From positions 7,993 to 71,992 of the forward strand of contig JAULTD010000002.1 in NCBI GenBank assembly GCA_038801785.1: 64,000 nucleotides of DNA, in the 5' to 3' direction. Both the position numbers and the translations under genes were made by a program. How positions within the stretch are numbered: the first letter of the stretch is position 1; the number at the start of each line of letters is the position of its first letter. Below the pieces are notes generated by a model. It saw only the letters and a list, made by a program, of their open reading frames with translations. It was not told the origin of the DNA and did no database searches. This stretch comes from Candidatus Methanomethylicaceae archaeon GD_Cm_T35_P0_bin.15. GTDB lineage: Archaea; Thermoproteota; Methanomethylicia; Methanomethylicales; Methanomethylicaceae. Positions 9,301 through 18,300 of this stretch are shown piece by piece.

Positions 9301-10503
9301 ATGTTTGACGTCGAATCTATCAGGAAGGATTTCGTTCCGCTGAGAGAAGGCCGGATCTATTTGGACTCGACGGCAACGAGCCTCACCCCCGAGCCTGTCA
9401 TTAACAAGATGACTGAGTATTATCACGATTACCGCGCAAACGTGGGAAGGGGGATATATTCCTCAACCAAGAGGGCGACCGAGGAGTTCGAGAAGGCCCG
9501 CGCCGAGGTGGCAAGGATGGTGAACTGCAAGCCATCTGAACTGGTCTTCGTCAAGAGTTCCACCGAGGGGCTCAACCTAGTGGCCCGCGGGATAGGCCTC
9601 GGGAAGGGGGATCGCGTGGTTACCACGATCGTGGAGCACCACTCGAACTACGTCATCTGGCTGAGGGCCCGCGACAAGGCAGGGGCGGAGCTCAAGGTCG
9701 TCAGATCCGATAGGGACGGGATCTTCGATCTCTCGGACTTTGAGGAGGCCATAAACGACAGGACCAAGATCGTCTCGGTGACGCACGTCTCGAACGTACT
9801 CGGGGTCAGGCTCCCAATCAAGGAGATCGGTGAGATCGCCCATGCCCATGGTGCGCTCTTCGCAGTCGATGGTGCCCAGTCTGTTCCCCACATGCCAGTC
9901 GACATCAAGAAGCTCGGCTGCGACTTTTTAGCGTTCTCCGGGCACAAGATGTGCGGACCAACCGGGATCGGCGCCCTATACGTAAGGGAGGATCTGCAGG
10001 AGGCGGTCGAGCCGCTATCCGTCGGCGGAGGGGCGATCGAGGATGTCGGCATCGACTCTTACAGGCTCAGAAAAGGCCCGTCCAAGTATGAAGCCGGGAC
10101 CCCCCCCATCGCAGAGGCGATAGGCATGGGGGCAGCCGCCTCTTACCTGATGAGGATAGGTATGGACAACATCCTCTCGCACGAGGAGAGGCTGACAGAG
10201 CTCATGCTTCAGGGGCTGGCAGAGGTCCCCGGCCTGATGCTGTATGGGCCGCAGGACCCCCGCCTAAGAACCGGCATATTCTCGTTCAATGTAAGCAGCA
10301 TCCACCCGCATGATGTCGCCATGGCGCTGGACGTCACTGCCGGCATAATGGTGAGATCCGGCCACCACTGTGCCCTTCCGCTGCTGAGGGATCTCCTCAA
10401 CATCGCGGACGGCACTGTAAGGGCATCGGTGTACCTATACAACAACAAGGGCGACGTGCACGCCTTTCTGGAAGCACTCGGAGAGATAGCCCGCTCCATG
10501 TGA
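9301..10503 (+). CDS. cysteine desulfurase (class V aminotransferase, SufS/CsdA-like)
   Basis: 400 aa. HHSNYV, PLP-lysine context SGHKMCGPTGIGALY, and catalytic-loop RSGHHCA. Confidence 0.9.
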   Translation: MFDVESIRKDFVPLREGRIYLDSTATSLTPEPVINKMTEYYHDYRANVGRGIYSSTKRATEEFEKARAEVARMVNCKPSELVFVKSSTEGLNLVARGIGLGKGDRVVTTIVEHHSNYVIWLRARDKAGAELKVVRSDRDGIFDLSDFEEAINDRTKIVSVTHVSNVLGVRLPIKEIGEIAHAHGALFAVDGAQSVPHMPVDIKKLGCDFLAFSGHKMCGPTGIGALYVREDLQEAVEPLSVGGGAIEDVGIDSYRLRKGPSKYEAGTPPIAEAIGMGAAASYLMRIGMDNILSHEERLTELMLQGLAEVPGLMLYGPQDPRLRTGIFSFNVSSIHPHDVAMALDVTAGIMVRSGHHCALPLLRDLLNIADGTVRASVYLYNNKGDVHAFLEALGEIARSM

Positions 10504-10517
10504 GGTGATCCACGCAG

Positions 10518-11018
10518 ATGGCGACCTTCTATGAAAATTATGCAAAGTTCCCCAAGACCGACTGCGGCTACTGCGGCAACCCCTCATGCGTGACCCTCCT
10601 GAGGAGGTACTCGTCAGGAGACCAGCCGATCACAGACTGCGTCTACTTCAAGTCGGGGCTCTGCAACGAGGGGGACTTCACTAGGACCCCCTTGGTTCGG
10701 CCGCAGTCCCTCAAGCGCGAGATCAGCTACGTGAACCCGTGCGCCAGCGATGCCGATCGGGTAGCCGTCGAGGTCCACCTCTCGGAAGACACCAAGTACG
10801 GCTACTTTGACATGATTACTGCGAACAAACTCTTCGGCGCCGCGATCCCGGGGCTGAAGATATCCCCTGCGCTCGGCATCGCCCGGTACGAGATCGAGGG
10901 CAAGGGCATCATGGGGTTCTCGGACGGCCGGCTGATCATAAGGAGGGCATCCAGCCGTGAGGATGCCTTCTGGCTGCTGAGCAGGTTCGTCCGGTCTCTC
11001 TGGGCAGCGGTTAACTGA
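10518..11018 (+). CDS. protein with N-terminal RnfB/CFeSP-type 'FeS' cluster-binding motif; remainder uncharacterised
   Basis: FPKTDCGYCGNPSCVTLLRRYSSGDQPITDC matches the pattern I recall for the putative Fe-S cluster domain (lPktnCgeCGyptC...dC). The C-terminal 110 aa are unassigned. Confidence 0.55.
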   Translation: MATFYENYAKFPKTDCGYCGNPSCVTLLRRYSSGDQPITDCVYFKSGLCNEGDFTRTPLVRPQSLKREISYVNPCASDADRVAVEVHLSEDTKYGYFDMITANKLFGAAIPGLKISPALGIARYEIEGKGIMGFSDGRLIIRRASSREDAFWLLSRFVRSLWAAVN

Positions 11019-11059
11019 TCGCATCAGGCCGAATCTGCCCCGAGACCGGATCCCCTGCA

Positions 11060-11551
11060 GTGGAGTGCCTAAGCTGTCCGGAGGGATGCTCCGCCCTGGA
11101 GGTGCCCGACTCGATCATCACGGAGAAGCTCGGCGTCCGTGAATCGGAGGCGTATGCCCCGGAGAAGCTGCCCGAGCCTCCGGGGGAGGCCGACCCCTCC
11201 GAGCTGCTAGGGATCGCCAGGCGGAGCATGCTGGCCATAATGCCTGAAACATCCCCTGCGGTCGCACGCTGGTACCTCAGGGACGCCTCTTTCGCGCTCT
11301 TCATGTCTAGGGCAGCCGAGGGGATCCGCAAGAGCGGATCGGCCGACCTCCTGGACCACTACAGCGCCGTGATGAGGGGCAGGATCGATGCCGGGGCACT
11401 GGAGAGGCTGACCTCGACCCTGGACAACCTCCGGGAGGCCGTCCCTGCGAGGGATGCCGCCAAAGTTCACGCCAGCAGGACAAAGGCCGTCTTCTCGATC
11501 CTCCGCGCGGGGAAGATCGGGTATGGTCTGTCGGACGGCGCCCGGGGTTAG
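11060..11551 (+). CDS. hypothetical protein (N-terminal CxxCxxxC)
   Basis: 163-aa ORF, co-directional and 41 nt after the previous gene. Starts MECLSCPEGC and the rest is helical-looking. No family recognised. Confidence 0.4.
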   Translation: MECLSCPEGCSALEVPDSIITEKLGVRESEAYAPEKLPEPPGEADPSELLGIARRSMLAIMPETSPAVARWYLRDASFALFMSRAAEGIRKSGSADLLDHYSAVMRGRIDAGALERLTSTLDNLREAVPARDAAKVHASRTKAVFSILRAGKIGYGLSDGARG

Positions 11552-11627
11552 ACTGATGCGGCATGGGGACCCGTCTGCCAAGGAAAAATTCCGGTGGTAA
11601 GCCCTGAAACACTACTCCGTCTCGGTC

Positions 11628-12695
11628 GTGGATGCTGGCACCTCCCTCGAGGCTTCGGTGAAGGAGGCCATAGACCTCATAGGTTGGCGCCCCTCGAGGG
11701 GTGAACGTTACCTCCTCAAGCCAAATATGATAGTCGCGAAGACCTCCGAGGAAGGCGTCACTACCGATCCGGGGATAATAGGAGCGCTCATCTCACTCCT
11801 GAAGGGGAACGGGTGCCAGCCGTATGTCGGCGACTCGCCGGGCAACGCCTACCCCGGAAAAGCCAGGTCCGTCTTCGAGAAGACCGGCATGCTCCGAGCA
11901 GTCTCTGAGGCAGGGGGGGAATTCGTCGAGTTCGAAAGCTCTCCCCCCTTGGTGGTCGGCACAGGGGGGAAGATCATCAGGGAGGTAGGGCTCGCAGAGC
12001 CCATCTTCAGGATGGGGCTGATCAACGTCCCGAAGCTCAAGACCCACATCCAGACGGTCATGACCGGGGCCGTAAAGAACCTCTCCTTCGGCTGCATACC
12101 CGGCTCGGGCAAGATCGCCCTTCACATGGAGGGGCGGACGATGGCGCTCATGGCGGAGGCAATGATCGATGTCTACTCCGTCATCCGGCCGCTCGTGACC
12201 CTCAACGTTATGGACGCAATAGTCTGCATGGAGGGGGCAGGCCCGTCGCACGGCAGGCCTGTAAGGGTCGGGAAGGTTCTGGCCAGCAGGGACGCCCTGG
12301 CGCTGGACATGGTCGCCTTCAAGATGGCAGGGGTAGACCCCTTGAAGGTTCCTTATATAAAGGAGGCAGCGGTCCGCTCGATGGGCCCCCGGAGCCCGGA
12401 TGAGATCGAGGTTCTTGGGGACCTCCCCTCACTGAAGTTCAGGCTGCCGCCGGCCTTCCTGGGGAGGTTCCTTCTTCTGGCTTCGCCCTACGCCCCGATC
12501 AAATCCACGGTGTCGATCAGCAGCTCATGCAAAAGGTGCGGCGAATGCGCCCGCGCCTGCCCGGTATCCGTCATCTCCCTCTACCCGTCTCCGCGGATAG
12601 ACTCTGGCAAGTGCCTGAGGTGCTTCGTCTGCTCGGAGGTCTGCGAGTACGGGGCAGTACGGATAAGGAAGGGGTTCGCCTCCGGGTTCATGTGA
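11628..12695 (+). CDS. DUF362-domain protein with C-terminal 2x[4Fe-4S] ferredoxin domain
   Basis: YLLKPNMIV and GAVKNLSFGCIPG resemble DUF362. The C-terminus carries CKRCGECARACP and CLRCFVCSEVCE. GTG start. Confidence 0.7.
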   Translation: MDAGTSLEASVKEAIDLIGWRPSRGERYLLKPNMIVAKTSEEGVTTDPGIIGALISLLKGNGCQPYVGDSPGNAYPGKARSVFEKTGMLRAVSEAGGEFVEFESSPPLVVGTGGKIIREVGLAEPIFRMGLINVPKLKTHIQTVMTGAVKNLSFGCIPGSGKIALHMEGRTMALMAEAMIDVYSVIRPLVTLNVMDAIVCMEGAGPSHGRPVRVGKVLASRDALALDMVAFKMAGVDPLKVPYIKEAAVRSMGPRSPDEIEVLGDLPSLKFRLPPAFLGRFLLLASPYAPIKSTVSISSSCKRCGECARACPVSVISLYPSPRIDSGKCLRCFVCSEVCEYGAVRIRKGFASGFM

Positions 12696-12732
12696 ACTGG
12701 CTGGTCGCCCCTGCCAGCTCGAGGCGCCCCCC

Positions 12733-13635
12733 TCAGACGAGGAACCTTCCGAACGTCCTCTCAACGCTCACCGGGAGCGACCTGCCGTTTTGCGAGACCT
12801 CCTGTATCGCGGGCGGCTTGCTGGCGTACAGCTCGTTGATGGTTGCCAGCCGCTCCTCGAAAGTCTCTTTCTTGTCGTTGACAAGGAATGTGCCGAGTGC
12901 CACCTTGTCCCCTGCCTCGATCTGCGTTATCTCCTGGGCCTTCCTGACAAAGTCGCCCCCGTCCTTTACCACGGGATCCCAGTCCTCGAGCACATACGAG
13001 TTCCTGTTCATCCAGTCCATGTCCATGATGTTATTCCATGTAACGCACGGCTGGAGGACCTCTATGACGCCAGCCCCCTTATGGGCTAACCCTTCCTTCA
13101 TGACAGATTTCAAGTGATCGAGGTTGTAGGCATAGCTCCTTGCCAGAAACGTGTACCCGGCGCTCATCCCGAGCAGTATGGGGTTGACAGGGTCGTTGAC
13201 GTTGGGAAGCGCCAGCGCCTTGGTCTTGACCCCCCTCTTGAGGGTCGGTGACGCCTGCCCCTTGGTCAGCCCATATACCCAGTTGTTGTGGATGATCACG
13301 AGGACGCCGGCGTTCCTCCTCCCCAGTGCTATGAAGTGCCCCATCCCTATGCCCAGGAGGTCCCCGTCCCCGCCGTGGACAATGACCTTCAGCCCCGGGT
13401 TCGAGGCCTTGATCCCAGTTGCAAAAGGTATAGCCCTCCCGTGCAGCGCATGAACCCCCGTCGCCCGGACAAAGTGCGGCATCTTTCCGCTGCAGCCTAT
13501 GCCGGAGACTATCACCAGGCTCCTCCGGTCAATATGCGACTCGCTGAGGGCATACTTCAGGGCTGTCAGGATGCCAAAGTCACCGCAGCCCGGGCACCAG
13601 TCCACCCATACATCGGACCCCCACTCCACCGCCAT
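12733..13635 (-). CDS. 2-oxoacid:ferredoxin oxidoreductase beta subunit (TPP-binding)
   Basis: 300 aa with WCPGCGDFGIL, GIGCSG and GGDGD TPP motifs. Confidence 0.9.
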   Translation of the reverse strand: MAVEWGSDVWVDWCPGCGDFGILTALKYALSESHIDRRSLVIVSGIGCSGKMPHFVRATGVHALHGRAIPFATGIKASNPGLKVIVHGGDGDLLGIGMGHFIALGRRNAGVLVIIHNNWVYGLTKGQASPTLKRGVKTKALALPNVNDPVNPILLGMSAGYTFLARSYAYNLDHLKSVMKEGLAHKGAGVIEVLQPCVTWNNIMDMDWMNRNSYVLEDWDPVVKDGGDFVRKAQEITQIEAGDKVALGTFLVNDKKETFEERLATINELYASKPPAIQEVSQNGRSLPVSVERTFGRFLV

Positions 13636-13636
13636 C

Positions 13637-15511
13637 TCACTCGCCCCCGGTGAGGACTACGCGGCTCTCCCCCTTCAGGATCCTCGTGTATGCTGAGACC
13701 ACCTCATCCTCCGTGATCAGCCTCCCGTTGTATTTCAGGATCCTCTTATCGATCGGCCTCTGGCACTCATGATTGATGCGCTCGGCCAGCTGCCCCAGGT
13801 AGTTGGCCTCCGCGGCTATGACCTCGCCAGCCTGCGAGAGGAAGCTCGAGATATACCCTGCAGGGAAGGGGTCCATCAGCCTCACCTGAAGTACGGAGAC
13901 TCTCCTCCCCCCCTCACCCAGATCCCCGATGGCATCGAGTACGGCGCCTGTGGTGATTCCCCACGTGACGATCAGGTCGTCGTAGTTGTCGGGCCCGAAG
14001 AAGCAGGCCTTGTCCTCCTCGGGCACCTCCTTCAGGATTTTCTCCAGTTTGCGCATCCTCTTGTCGTACATCTTGGTCCTGTTCACGGGGTCCTCGTTGA
14101 TATGACCGAACTCATCGTGCTCGTCTCCGGTGTACCACATGAGCATCTCCCCCAGAAATGCACGGGGGGAGATGCCGTCCGCCGTGAATTGGAACCTCCT
14201 ATATAGCCCGGCCCCGGTCTCCCCCACCCTCCTCCCCCTTAGGATCTCCGAACCGTCAGGGAGGGGAACCGTGGCGGCGGTATTCGCCAGTCCCTTATCC
14301 AGCAGGTGTATCACCGGCAGCTGGTACGTCTCCGCATAGTTGAACGCTTTGATCGCATCCATCATCGCCTCCTCATGATTACCGGAAGCCAGGATCATCC
14401 TAGCGAACTCTCCGTGGCCCGCAAATATTGAGAAAAGGAGGTCTGACTGGCTGTGCCTGGTCGGCAGCCCTGTCGACGGCCCGCCCCTCTGGTAGTATGT
14501 GATCACGATCGGCACCTCGTTGTTGCCCGCCCAGCCGAGGCCCTCCACCATGAGCGAGAACCCCGGGCCGCTGGTGGACGTTGCCGACCTGGCACCTGTA
14601 AGGGCCCCCCCTATGGCCATTCCGACAGCAGAGATCTCGTCCTCAGCCTGGATTACAACGGGTGCCCCTGCCAGGTTGCCTCCGCCGTCCAGAAGCCTGG
14701 TATGCTCCTCAATCGTGAACGATTCATCAGCAGCGGGGGTGATCGGATAATATGTCTGGAACCTGCCCCCGCCCAGTACTTTCCCGATGGCGACAGAGTC
14801 GTTCCCCGAGACGAGGAGCCTCCTCTCCCGTGCCTCGATCCGGACCGGGGCGGCCTTAATGTGGGGCTTGATGATTTCATAGACCAGATCGACAACCTTG
14901 AGGTTGACATCCGCCACGTTCCTCTTCTCACTGAAGAAGGATGCGACGGCTCCGCGGATCGACTCCCTTCCTATTCCGACCAAGGCAAGGATCGATGTGG
15001 TGATGGACGTGTTCATGGTTCTGGCTATGAGCGGGTTCGGGAACTTGAGCAGCTCGGAGATCGACTCGGATATTGGGGCCTCGACTATCTTTATGCCTCT
15101 TCCGGAGAGGTGCCTGCCCAGATCACCTACGGTCTTGCCCACACTGTGCTCCTCTAGATACGCCCTGACCCTCTCCCCCTTGTAGCGATCGATCGAGGGT
15201 GTGGCGGTGAGGGGCTTGCCTGAGAGGAGGGCGTCGTAGACGACGAACCCTCCTTCCATCACCTCATGGAAGTGCGTGACGAGCGTCTCAACGTCGAGCG
15301 CTCCCAGCGCACCTATGGGGTACTTCAGGCTTCTTACGGGCCTGTCCGAGGCCCTGATGTGGGCGTAGCTGTGTTTCCCCTTTATATTCGAATGGTACTC
15401 CCTGTCCACGAAAACCTCCAGGCCCTGCATCGCCAGCGTCTTGACGGCAAGGAGCCCCGCGGTCTCGATCCCTCCTCCTTGGGGACCACCAACTACGAGG
15501 TTGAGATCCAA
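13637..15511 (-). CDS. 2-oxoacid:ferredoxin oxidoreductase alpha subunit (gamma-alpha fusion type)
   Basis: 624 aa. N-terminal GGPQGGGIETAG (gamma-like), then YPITPA and the rest of the alpha domain. 1-nt gap to the beta subunit. Confidence 0.9.
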   Translation of the reverse strand: MDLNLVVGGPQGGGIETAGLLAVKTLAMQGLEVFVDREYHSNIKGKHSYAHIRASDRPVRSLKYPIGALGALDVETLVTHFHEVMEGGFVVYDALLSGKPLTATPSIDRYKGERVRAYLEEHSVGKTVGDLGRHLSGRGIKIVEAPISESISELLKFPNPLIARTMNTSITTSILALVGIGRESIRGAVASFFSEKRNVADVNLKVVDLVYEIIKPHIKAAPVRIEARERRLLVSGNDSVAIGKVLGGGRFQTYYPITPAADESFTIEEHTRLLDGGGNLAGAPVVIQAEDEISAVGMAIGGALTGARSATSTSGPGFSLMVEGLGWAGNNEVPIVITYYQRGGPSTGLPTRHSQSDLLFSIFAGHGEFARMILASGNHEEAMMDAIKAFNYAETYQLPVIHLLDKGLANTAATVPLPDGSEILRGRRVGETGAGLYRRFQFTADGISPRAFLGEMLMWYTGDEHDEFGHINEDPVNRTKMYDKRMRKLEKILKEVPEEDKACFFGPDNYDDLIVTWGITTGAVLDAIGDLGEGGRRVSVLQVRLMDPFPAGYISSFLSQAGEVIAAEANYLGQLAERINHECQRPIDKRILKYNGRLITEDEVVSAYTRILKGESRVVLTGGE

Positions 15512-15513
15512 CG

Positions 15514-15795
15514 TCAGTCACCGGCGCCAGTGTACTCATGGGAGTCATAATCGATGTGGGCTCCGTTGTGGAGGCGGTGCGTGGCATGCTTCGAATCGAG
15601 CTTGTAGACGGTCATCCTGCAGTCGCGGCACCAAGGAAAATTGGCCTCCGGGCCCGCCCTCTCGAAGCGATCTCGGCACTCATGTTTTTCGAGGGTTGCC
15701 GTGCCCTTTGCCCTGCACTCACCGAGATATGTTATAAACACATCGGGCTGCCACCATCTACAATCTTCACAAAGAGGCATTAAACCATCTACCAC
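15514..15795 (-). CDS. small Cys-rich protein (two CxxC pairs), first gene of the OFOR operon
   Basis: 93 aa with CEDC...GEC...HEC...CRDC. Its stop is 2 nt upstream of the OFOR alpha start. It is not a CxxCxxCxxxCP ferredoxin. Confidence 0.5.
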   Translation of the reverse strand: MVDGLMPLCEDCRWWQPDVFITYLGECRAKGTATLEKHECRDRFERAGPEANFPWCRDCRMTVYKLDSKHATHRLHNGAHIDYDSHEYTGAGD

Positions 15796-15932
15796 CCTGA
15801 TTTATGGCTCATGAAGGATTTATCTCTTCTTACAACCCGATTCGGACAGCCCCTGCGGCACCCGCGGCAGCCCGGAAGCCGGTCAATAAGTTTATGCGCC
15901 GAAGGATCAACTACTATGCCGGCGGGCTCAAT

Positions 15933-16247
15933 ATGAATGAGGCTGAAGGAGGCTCATTGGGCATAAAGGACGTCAAAGGCGGCGCCCTCGTTAACGTCTA
16001 TGTGAAACCCTCCTCCCGGGTCGAACGCATGACCTTGGCGGGCGAGGTCTGCATAGAGACCAGGGCGCCTCCGTCGGGGAATAAAGCAAACATCGAGGTC
16101 ATCAGGGTTCTCTCCAAGGCCCTCTGCATTCCCTGCGCATCCATCTCGGTCGTTAGGGGGTCTACCAGCAGAACGAAGGTGCTCCTAGTGAGGGGGATTG
16201 GTGCGGCAGAGGTGGAACAACGTCTAAAGCGCCAAGGAGGTCCCTGA
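15933..16247 (+). CDS. DUF167 (YggU-like) family protein
   Basis: ALVNVYVKPSS...ETRAPPSGNKANIEVIRVLSKAL...ISVVRGSTSRTKVLLV matches the DUF167 pattern. An internal ATG 15933 is preferred; the track ORF opens at 15804. Confidence 0.7.
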   Translation: MNEAEGGSLGIKDVKGGALVNVYVKPSSRVERMTLAGEVCIETRAPPSGNKANIEVIRVLSKALCIPCASISVVRGSTSRTKVLLVRGIGAAEVEQRLKRQGGP

Positions 16248-16339
16248 CCAAGCGTTTAGGAACCTCTCCATCAAAGCATCATTATGAAAATTTATATAAC
16301 GATCAAGCGTCCACAGGTTAGTGGTATCCGACACTGCAG

Positions 16340-17329
16340 GTGTGCACTATGGGGCTGGGGAAGTATGTTCTCCGCAGAGTCATCTACATGATCCCTCTGA
16401 TCCTGGGGATATCGATAATCAGCTTCCTCGTGATGTACGCCGCAGGTGATCCCATACAGATCGCGACTGCTGGCAACCCGGGTATCACTGAGGCTCAGAG
16501 AGAGTTCCTCCGGGAGTACTACGGGCTGCGGGACCCCATCCCTGTCCAGTACGTGAGGTGGCTCAGCCACTTTGTGCAGGGCGATTTCGGCAAGTCGCTC
16601 TACGGCGGCAGGCCTGTCAATGAGGTCATCTCCTCGCTCGCATGGGAGACCATAAAGCTCCAGATAGTCTCGTTGCTGCTGGCATTCGCCATCTCCCTGC
16701 CGCTCGGGGTATACTCTGCCCAGAAGCAGCGCTCCGCGACAGATTACAGCGTAACGAGCCTCGCCATCTTCGGGATATCCCTCCCGGTATTCTTCTTCGG
16801 CATAATCATGATACTGGCATTTTCATTCCATCTCGGCTGGCTCCCCTCGGCAGGGGCACATGGTGCACCGGATCTCTGGCCCGTCTTTGGCATCAAGAAC
16901 GAGGTGCTGGACGAGCTCGCGCACCTGATCCTCCCAGTGGTCGTCCTGACTTTCGCCAACCTGGCCTACAACGTGAGGCTGCTGAGGGCGGGCATGCTGG
17001 AGGTCTTGAGGCAGGATTATATCATGGCGGCAAGGGCGAGCGGCTTCTCCGAGCGCAAGATATTATTCAAGTACGCCCTCAAGAACGCGATCACACCGCT
17101 GCTGACTCTTCTCGGTCTGGCGATAGGGACCTCAATAGCAGGGGCGCCTGCAACTGAGACCGTCTTCAGCTGGCCCGGCCTGGGGAGGGCTTATGTGACC
17201 GCCACCCTCCGCCTAGACTTTCCTCTCATAATGGGCATCACGATGATCGTCACAATAATGATCCTCGCGGCCAACCTGATCGTCGATCTAGTCTACGCGT
17301 GGGTCGATCCTAGGATAAGCATCGATTGA
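16340..17329 (+). CDS. ABC transporter permease (Opp/Dpp/Nik B-type)
   Basis: 329 aa, multi-TM, with the EAA-like loop region YIMAARASGFSERKILFKYALKNA. Confidence 0.9.
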   Translation: MCTMGLGKYVLRRVIYMIPLILGISIISFLVMYAAGDPIQIATAGNPGITEAQREFLREYYGLRDPIPVQYVRWLSHFVQGDFGKSLYGGRPVNEVISSLAWETIKLQIVSLLLAFAISLPLGVYSAQKQRSATDYSVTSLAIFGISLPVFFFGIIMILAFSFHLGWLPSAGAHGAPDLWPVFGIKNEVLDELAHLILPVVVLTFANLAYNVRLLRAGMLEVLRQDYIMAARASGFSERKILFKYALKNAITPLLTLLGLAIGTSIAGAPATETVFSWPGLGRAYVTATLRLDFPLIMGITMIVTIMILAANLIVDLVYAWVDPRISID

Positions 17330-17347
17330 TAGTGCGAGGGCTCTGGT

Positions 17348-18298
17348 ATGAACTCTGACAACCGGAAAACTGCCAACTCCAAGGGAAGGAGCGCCAGCCA
17401 GTGGGGAGTGGCATGGAGGAGGTTCAAGAAGCATAGATCCGGGCTCTTCGGCCTCGGGATGATCGTTGTCCTACTAGCGATAGCGGTCCTCCATAACGTC
17501 ATCGCTCCCTACCCCGCCAGACCTGCCCCGGGCGCGTTCGGCCCCCTCTATGAGGGGGATGCGGCGATGCCGCCCTCTTGGAAACACCCCTTCGGCACCA
17601 CCGTGATGGGTACCGACGTCTTCAGCGAGGTGATCCACGGGTCGGTCTATACCGTCTACGTCGCGGTCTTGGGGACAGCCATCACGATGCTGATTACCGT
17701 CTCCATAGGGATAGTCTCCGGGTATATGGGCAGGTATGTGGACGAGGTTCTGATGAGGATAACCGAGATATTCTTGGTCTTCCCCTCGCTCCTTCTCATA
17801 CTGATCTTCGCCCGGCTGTACCAGCTCAGGAACCCGGAGCCCTTCTGGAACCTCGCAGGGGTGAACATCCCTGCGGGTCTCACCATGACCATCCTGATCG
17901 TCTCGATATTCGGCTGGGCGTCATATGCCAGGGTGATACGTGGCGAAGTCCTGAAGCTGAAGGAGGCAGAGTACATCCAGGCTGCGAAGAGCCTGGGAGC
18001 CAATTCCAGGTGGGTGATGCTGAGGCATGTCTTCCCCAACGTCCTGCCCCAGATTATCGTCTTAGGGACCCTGACCATGGCCACTATCGTTCTGGTCGAA
18101 GCCGTCGTCAGCTTCCTTGGGTTTGGGGATCCCAACACAGTGACGTGGGGCAGACTGATGGACGAGGCTCTCCAGGATCTCAGCACGGTCTGGTGGGCAG
18201 AGGTCTTCCCCGGTCTGGCCGTCTTCCTGACGATCCTCGCATTCAACCTGGTCGGAGATGGCCTGTCCGACGCGTTAAATCCGAGGCTGAGGGAGTGA
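17348..18298 (+). CDS. ABC transporter permease (Opp/Dpp/Nik C-type)
   Basis: 316 aa with YIQAAKSLGANSRWVMLRHVFPN and a multi-TM profile. Confidence 0.9.
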   Translation: MNSDNRKTANSKGRSASQWGVAWRRFKKHRSGLFGLGMIVVLLAIAVLHNVIAPYPARPAPGAFGPLYEGDAAMPPSWKHPFGTTVMGTDVFSEVIHGSVYTVYVAVLGTAITMLITVSIGIVSGYMGRYVDEVLMRITEIFLVFPSLLLILIFARLYQLRNPEPFWNLAGVNIPAGLTMTILIVSIFGWASYARVIRGEVLKLKEAEYIQAAKSLGANSRWVMLRHVFPNVLPQIIVLGTLTMATIVLVEAVVSFLGFGDPNTVTWGRLMDEALQDLSTVWWAEVFPGLAVFLTILAFNLVGDGLSDALNPRLRE

Positions 18299-18300
18299 CA

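Noticed and set aside
11016-11060. Possible stop-codon read-through or recoding joining ORFs 10518..11018 and 11060..11551
   Set aside because: The two ORFs are in different frames. Reading through the TGA gives only 17 more codons before a TAA, and no SECIS-like or frameshift signal is evident.
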